Shown here: one piece after another, positions 52,551 through 64,000 of the stretch | How the letters are laid out: the number at the start of each line of letters is the position of its first letter | Position numbering within the stretch: position 1 is the first letter of the stretch | NCBI RefSeq assembly: GCF_009914755.1 | Contig: NC_060929.1 | From: the human T2T-CHM13v2.0 reference genome, Homo sapiens | Strand: one strand, 5' to 3' | Length of the DNA: 64,000 nt | Position numbers and translations under genes: made by a program | Notes under the pieces: model-generated | The model's database searches: none | Told to the model about the DNA's origin: nothing | The model's input: the letters and a program-made list of their open reading frames with translations, nothing else

Positions 52551-55449
52551 CTTTACATTCACTAATAGCCTTCCTTTGCCTTAGGCCAACACACTTCACG
52601 GATATTTTCTGTAAAACTGTTACAGAATATCATAACAAAGTCAGAGTTCCTTCTCTTCACTTGAGACTCTCGAAGCAAATAGAAAATGAGACATAATTTG
52701 GATTTCCTAAGGGAAAAAATTAACACCCATGAATACTTGAAATAGTTTCACTTGAAAACAATCTAGAGATGGTCAGTAAAACTAATCTTGTAAAAACGGA
52801 GTAATGCAGAAAGTATTGTTGCCTTGGTGGTTACCAGAGAAAGTGGTCAATTCTATAAGTACTTCTTTAGCTATTTACTTTTATGCAACATAAGATCTTT
52901 AAATTAGAATCTACGAAATCTGGCTTTTAAAAAATATTAAATTAAATGCAAAAATGTCTCACAGTCATGCAGGCATGTGAGGCTGTACAATTTTTTTATA
53001 TACATATGTGTATATATATGCGTAAGCTTGTGATTCATGTAGTATCCTCTATGAATGTAAAAATGATCCACAAAGTAGAGAAGACTGACACAAATACACA
53101 AATACCGGAAAGGAGAAGAAAACTGCTTTCAGGTGCAGAGTATTGAATGCATAATTCAACAGTTAGAAAGAATAAATTTATGGCCAGCTGATCAGTTAAC
53201 ATTATTTGTGGCTTCCTGTGGTTACATGATATAGCTAATTCCATTCTCTTTCATGAGCCACAAACAACATTCATTTGCCAATATGAGAACTAAGCTGACC
53301 CACTCAGTAAATGGGTCTAAAAACCAACTAATAAAAGTGGAAGTTTGTGGATATTAGCCTATCGGTGTCAGTTTCAGGCTTCACACAAAACACCAAGCCT
53401 GCTTCCCAGAAATCTCTATTCCATTGATATTCATTTGGTATTGGACATTAGTTATTTACTTATAAAATACGTGTTCATTACAAAGGTCTGTTAGTGCAGT
53501 TACATTAATTATTCATCCTGAGATTCTGAAGTACGTTGGAGGTTCCGAAAGGTAATTTCTAGCTACTGATGGGAAATGTTCCACATGAGAGCCTATCAGC
53601 AAGATTTCAGGAAATAGTTCATGGATTTGGAAGGTAGGAACAAATCGGTACTTTTATCATTTCCCTTAAAGTTTTCTACCATTTAGAAAGATAAAATAAG
53701 ATAATTAGAAAAGATACTTTTTTCCCCTGAAAAGTCAATATGTTACAAATATGTCAGAAGTGCGTAAAGTTGTAACTTAATTAACCCTCCCCCCCACATT
53801 TCCTTAGTATAGACTAAGAATTGCAATATCATAAGATTATAGAAGTTAGATTTGGTTTCACTATTTTTACTGCTTTAACGGGATAAATGTATGTGACACT
53901 TTATGTATAGCTATATGAATGTAGAGACCTAGACATAAAGGCAGAAGAATTAAAAATTTGTTAATTCATTTAAAAATGCTTCATTTTTTAAATGTTTCGG
54001 ATTGTTTTCCATGGTATTTGTTTAAATACTAAGTTCTCAATGCCCTAAAATGATTTCATTTTAATTTTTTAATTTATTTTATTTTATTTTTTGTGGACAA
54101 ATTTAGTTTTAACTACTCTAAAACATAGTCATCGATTTTATACGTATTATGTATAACATATAACATACATATGTACATAATACATATATATGTTACACAA
54201 AGCATAACTATATCTCATTGTTAAAAATTCAAACCACAGAGAACTCTGGTCAGCAAATTATGGAAATCTCCTTTTATTATTTCTTCCTACCACCTCCATT
54301 TCCCTCTTGAGAGGTAACATAGCAATTTTATGAATATCTCTTCTATCCCTTTTCTCTTCATTTACATACAAATACATGCATACATACACATGAACACATA
54401 TATACACACGTACACATATATATACACATATATACATATATATTTCTTATTTTTTGCAAAAATGGGATGTGTTTTTAAGAATTAAATTTATTAGACATAT
54501 TAGGATAAGTAATCTCACACATGAAGAAATAATTATTTTTATAATTATTAACTCACTGTTTTCTTTTGGGTTCAATTACCTCGTGTCTTTCATCAGTGGT
54601 AAATATTGTAGTCTTTTGTTCCATGGTATCAAATGCAAAGTGCTTGGAATACATTACTGGTTTAAATTTTTTTTTAATTAATCCTGAAGATTATGTTTGC
54701 ATTTTCTGATTAGATAATCTGCAAAGGCAGAGTATAAGAGTAGAATAACTACGTAAATATGTACTATTTGATCTTGGAATGAGAAGAAAGAAGGATATAT
54801 GACAAGGAGTCTCTGACTTCCTTGGGAAACTTAGTGAACAAAAATGAATCTTGGTGTTTTAAAAGAGTTAGTGCCCTTTTGTTAAAAATATGAAGATGCT
54901 ACCTTACTTGTAAGGGGAAATAGAGGGGAAAAAGTAGATGTTAACAAGTTTAATATGTATTATTTTCCAGAATATATTTAAAATATTTCATCTTATTGTA
55001 AACCATTTCTCCTTTTAAAATTTAAAAATGATTTATGCACATAGATAAAATAATTAAGAAATATAGAATGCTACCAAATATCAAGTAATTTTCTGACCCT
55101 GGTCCTAGGCCCATTTTCAATTCCACTCCAAGAAGTACTTTTTAAAGTGTTTCTTTATCCTCTCAACCCCAAGAGTCCAGAAGCTAATTATTTTTATCTT
55201 ATACAAATGGAATTTTATGAAAACCAACAGAAATAGATTTTTTTATTCTCCAACAAGAGGAACTTGTGATATCAAGATATTTGAGCCCTCAGTCATAGGT
55301 TGGGATTGTCTGAATGCCTCTGGGGTTCTGATTCCCAAAGCTGGGGATATTCCCATGATAATTTATGCAGACAAGAAAGGGTTATCCACATCTTACTGTT
55401 CCTATGTCCCTCTGGCAATGTCTGTGATTAAGAAGGAGAGGCGAAATGT

Positions 55450-56060
55450 ACATTCAATAAATATTTATTGAGCATTTACTATATGAAGGCATGTTCTAGG
55501 TTTTGGGAATGCAAACATGAGCTAAACAAAGTACTTGTCCTCATAGAGCTTACATTTTAATAGGGCATATTGGCAATCAACAGGAACAAATACGTAATAT
55601 AAGGTGAAGTAGTGATAAGTTCTATAAATATATAATGCATAAAAGGATGTATTTTGGATAGGATGTCAGGGAAGGCCTTTAAGAGAAATACACATTTCAA
55701 TAGAAACTAGAATGAAACCACGAAGTGAGGCATCAGAATGAAAAGCACTCCAGGCAGAGGGAATGACGGGTGCAAAGGTCCTGTGGCAGAAGCAGTGATT
55801 TTGGAGAACTGCAAAAAGGCAAGCCTCCTAGAATGCACAGACTATAGGGGAGAGTAATAGGACTTCAAGTAAGAGACTAGAAATGTAGCCAGGGAATACA
55901 TCAAGTAGGGTTTAGAGATCATGGGAAGAAGGACTTTTGATTTATTCTGTATAATCGGGAGCCATTGGAGGGTTTTGGGCAGGATATTGGCATCGTGTAT
56001 TTTACATTTAAAAATGTAAAAGCAATTGGTCTAGCTGCAGTGTGTCTGTTTATGGACTGT
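55450..56060 (-). mobile_element. L2 3' end
   Basis: cattcaataaatatttattgagcatttactat...ctcatagagcttacatt...ccaggcagagggaa...gggagccattggagggtttt. Confidence 0.8.
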
Positions 56061-57302
56061 GGTTGGATATTTTAGCATAGGATGCACACTACAGAGGGTA
56101 AATACAGACTTTAGAAATGTAGACAAATATCACTCTCATGCGGGAGCTATTCTATGTGAAACCCTTCTTTGTAAGTTTCTTCAGGCATAAGACGCTTTTT
56201 TTTTCAGATATTTCTAAAGTTCATCAAGGAGGAGGAGGAGGAGAAGGGGACACAAAGGGCAGGCTGGGAGAATAGCAAAACACATCCTAGAACGCAAGCA
56301 CACTCCTAACATTTACAGGGCCAGAGGCAAGAGTTTAAACAAAGGACCATATACAACATTTCTAAATATTTAAAAGTTATTAATCAAGTTAAAAATGCAT
56401 TCTGTACTTATGCCTTGACAATTACACTTGGAAGATAAAGTGTAAATTTAGGATCCTCAAACTTGTTGAAGTTCTGTGAACAAACATAGCTATATAAGAA
56501 GAGCCAGCTCTTACCCTGTCCCTGGCCCAAGGCCTCTTTTCTTTTACTACCAATGGCCGAATGCCTGAAATTCATATGTGTGAACAATCTTTCTCTATGT
56601 TCAAACTCCATCCCTACCCTCTACAGACACCTGTTCCTTGGTGACCACCCAGGCAAGGGTATGCACATGGCAGGCGCGGTGTGGTGTTCACGAGAGTGCA
56701 CTACTCAGGTAGTCTTTCAAGAAGGACTGTGGTCTCAGTGCTAGGAGTGTTGTTGGCATACGACCTTCAGATCATCCTTTTGGAGATACTTTAGCTTCAG
56801 AGAGCTGACTTGCTTAAGTCATACCCTTACAGACAATGCATATATAAGGACTTTTGGAGGAAGGTCTTCAAAAGGCCAGACATTTGAGCCCAGCATGAGA
56901 CAACTCTGACTAAGAGTTGTCAGTTTAGATCCAGGCTAAGTCTCTCTAATTGCAGTTAAGGGAAGAGTAGTAAAAGTCATAATGAACCACTTCTGAACTG
57001 ACAGAGGATAAAGATGAACAGTAAAAGCTCTTGATCAGATAAACTAGCCCCACCTCCAAAGACCTCAAAACTTGACTTGAGGGGCCAGAGTTTGTAAATG
57101 TGCTGTACTATGTGCTATGGAAACCAGTTAAGAGATAACATGGTGTTTCTCTGTGACTACCACAAGGCCCCCATTCTGGGAAATATTATATGATGAATGG
57201 GCAGGTACAGTGTTTTAGAACAATTGTGAGGTATATTTTGTTATGTTTGTCTTCTAAATAGCAAAGAGGTTTTTTTTTTTTTTTTGGTTAAATTAAATGT
57301 GA

Positions 57303-57742
<440 letters not shown>

Positions 57743-57789
57743 TAGAACTTTGCTGTAAGATGCTATGCATTATTTAAATTAAGTTGGTA

Positions 57790-60020
<2,231 letters not shown>

Positions 60021-60562
60021 TACACCAGGAATATTGGATGTAGGAAATTCAGTGATGATAGGGTGGCTCGATTACACTCCAGAACATAAGTAAGTTCTAT
60101 CTTTATACTTCATCATTCTTAGGGCATGGCTTTTGCTGCCAAGGTCTCCTTCTCTCCAAGATGTCTGCTGAATCTGCAAACTCTACCTTCTAAGCAGAGA
60201 GAAGAAAGAAAAGGAGAAGGACAAAAATGTTCTTTACAATTTAGCTAGCTGCTTTTAAAAAGCTTCCTTTTAAGCCTCACCTAATGGCTTCTGTTTACAT
60301 ATCATTGTCCCTCCAAATATACATGAGTGTGAATCATTTTAGCTACAACATTGACATCTTCAATACAATAAGATTCCCATTAAGAAAGAAGAGGAGAAAA
60401 TGGATAGTGGATCAGTATCTTGTGGTGTTTGCCACAATCTTTTAAGTAGTTCCTTTAAAGAGGTTCAAGTGAAGTTAACTTTTTGACTCTTTGCGTGTCT
60501 GAAAATTCCTTCACTTTATTTTTATAGTTGCTTAATTAGTGATGTAAAGAACTTTAGGTTCA

Positions 60563-60895
60563 GAGATCATGTCCTCTGCAGGAACATGGATGGAGCTGGA
60601 GGCCATTATCCTTAGCAAACTAACGCAGGAATGGAAAACCAAATACAGCATGTTCTCACTTATAAGTGGGAGCTAAATGATGAGAATACATGGACACATA
60701 TAGGGGAACAACACACAATGGGGCCTATTGGAGGGTGGAGGACGGGAGGAGGGCAAGGATCAGGAAAAACAACTAATGGGTACTAGGCTTAATACCTGGG
60801 TGATGAAATTACCTGTACAACAAACCCCCATGACACAAGCTTACCTATATAACAAACCTGCACATGTACCCCTGAACTTAAAATAAAAGATAAAA
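60563..60895 (+). mobile_element. 5'-truncated L1PA 3' UTR insertion
   Basis: Same type of 3' UTR as the L1 at the window start; TSD aaagaa(c/t)ttta(g/a)gttca at 60546-60562 and 60896-60912. Confidence 0.92.
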
Positions 60896-62242
60896 AAAGA
60901 ATTTTAAGTTCAAAACATTTTTCCCCTCAGAATCTTAAAATAATTATTTCACTTCGTTCCCCCTCAGAATCTTAAAAGCATTCAGAATCAAAAAGTAATA
61001 CAATGAAGCTCCAATATTGGTTTTATTTTAGGTAATTTTTTTGTCTTTTTCTCTGAAACACTATAAATATTTTTCTTAAAAGTTTTGTAATTTGTTTAAC
61101 ATATTCTTGAATAAGGTTTTTACATTTTATTTATTTAAACATTTAAAATTTCAGCCTGCCAGGGTTTATCGGACTGAAGATTCTTTTCTTTCTTCAGCTC
61201 ATATATTTTCTTGAGATTATCTTTATCTTATTTTGTCCGTTTGTTTGATTGGTGTTCTCTCTTTTGAGTTCCTTTATCTTATGAGTTTCTGCTTTTTTCT
61301 TTTGGGTTCTTATATGATAGACGTAGGAATTTATGCTTTTCTTCTCTATATCTCAACTTTTTGCTCACATTTTTAATCTTTGCTTTTTTGTTCTATATTC
61401 AAGAACTTTCTCGGAGTTTTTCTTCCATATCATTCCTTTATGTATCAGTGTAATCTATTACTTAACTCCTTCATTCATTTATCAATGTTATTGATTACTT
61501 AACTCTTTTATTCAATTTCTTTTTTGATTAATATTTTTGTTCTTTTCAAAATACAAATTAATTTTATTTTTTAATTTACAAGGTTTTTTTTTAAAATTTG
61601 TTCTTGGATTGCTTCTTTCCCCCACAGTAGCTTATTCTTCCTTTATGGATACAATAGCCCCTCAAATCCTCTGATAATATCAATTTACCATTTTTGTTAT
61701 GTATCCTCTTTTCTAGAGTTACTGCTGTTCTCCTGGGGTCATTTTTCCCTGTTCAACTTTATCCCTCTCTTTTTTGGTATTGGTTTTCCTGAAATAGCAG
61801 AGTTTTAGCTTGTTCATTCATATTTAGGAATGAAAGATTAGGTAAATTAATGTAAAATCAGTTGTAATATAACAGAAGGGTAAACCTAGTAAGATTATGC
61901 TTAATTTTACTGATTTTAATAGGCAGGAAATTATGAATGTTTTGTTTCTTCTGTTAAGTACATGCCTGTTTATACAACATTATAGGTACTTGTTTTGATC
62001 TGTAATCGGGAAAGAGGGAATAAAAACTAGTGAGTGAACCATACAATTCTGGGGAAAAAAATGGAGCTACAGCAGGAATATAATGAAGAATTTAGGAGAG
62101 ATTAGAATAACTAAGTAGGTAGACAAGGAACTCAGTTCAGTAGCTACAGATGTCCAATAAACATTAACACAATTAAAAGAGGGTCCAACATTTCATTCCA
62201 AGAATGATAAATCCACTAAATTTTTTTTGAAAACAAAGCAAC

Positions 62243-63280
<1,038 letters not shown>

Positions 63281-64000
63281 AATTTATTTTTTGTCTCTGA
63301 AAGACGAAACTCCTAATTTTTATAACCCCTACTATTTATAATAAAATACTGAAAAGAAATAGTTATTTTTAATCACACCAATAGGCCAAATCAATAGATC
63401 ATAATTATAGGAAAATTGGTCAGATATAGCTGGCTATTTGATTCATAAAGAACGCCTTATTTCTGAGAAAGGAAAAATATCTCATAACTAAAATTAATAT
63501 GAATGACTATGTGTAAAGGTTTTGAGATGGAAAACATCCAACATTGTGAGGAAAAGGAGTTCAACTAAGTGATCAATAACTTCAGTATGAATGCTTAGAT
63601 TGTGGAATCAAGTATTATGTTCCCCCCAAGTGTTAACTGTTGAAAACCTAGGTCTACAACTTTGGCTTGAATAAATTGGTATTTTTATCCTTTTGGGTTT
63701 AAAAATTACTGAAACCCTAGGAATTAAAAAAAAAATAGGATTTTCATGGCCTTATCCAGTGGTAAATGCTACTGCCTGGTACTCCATCTGAGAAGAAGGA
63801 GAAGGGCTTGAGGGAAGAGATCACTGATTGGCTGGTCCATGCAAAGTCCTTTAAATTTATTTCCCTAATTACAGCCCCATGGTGTTATGCTGTTCCCTAT
63901 TCTTTTTCACTCCAAATTTGATACCTCCCTGGTACTCTGCCATTAAAATAGCTTTTGCCTCTCCTGCAGTCTTTTCCTATGGCTTTTCAGCATGTTCTAT

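Overview
Primate (probably human or another catarrhine, since AluY is present) AT-rich non-coding DNA with no intact protein-coding gene that I can recognise. It is dense in repeats: old L1s, about 19 Alu/FLAM copies, MIR, L2, L3, MaLR LTRs, and hAT, Tigger and piggyBac DNA-transposon relics. It holds one full-length processed pseudogene of RAB5C (14095-15823). The most unusual signal is at that retrocopy: it lacks a real poly(A) tail, and its 3' end carries a 128-bp inverted copy of its own upstream flank, so the whole pseudogene lies between long inverted repeats. A 47-bp chimeric insertion built from this pseudogene plus a second nearby donor sits 9 kb downstream, and two further locally templated insertions (one inside an Alu) occur in the window. 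I see no evidence of a new gene system; the candidate novelty is a fossil cluster of templated-insertion repair events. All alignments were done by eye and repeat subfamily names come from remembered consensus sequences.
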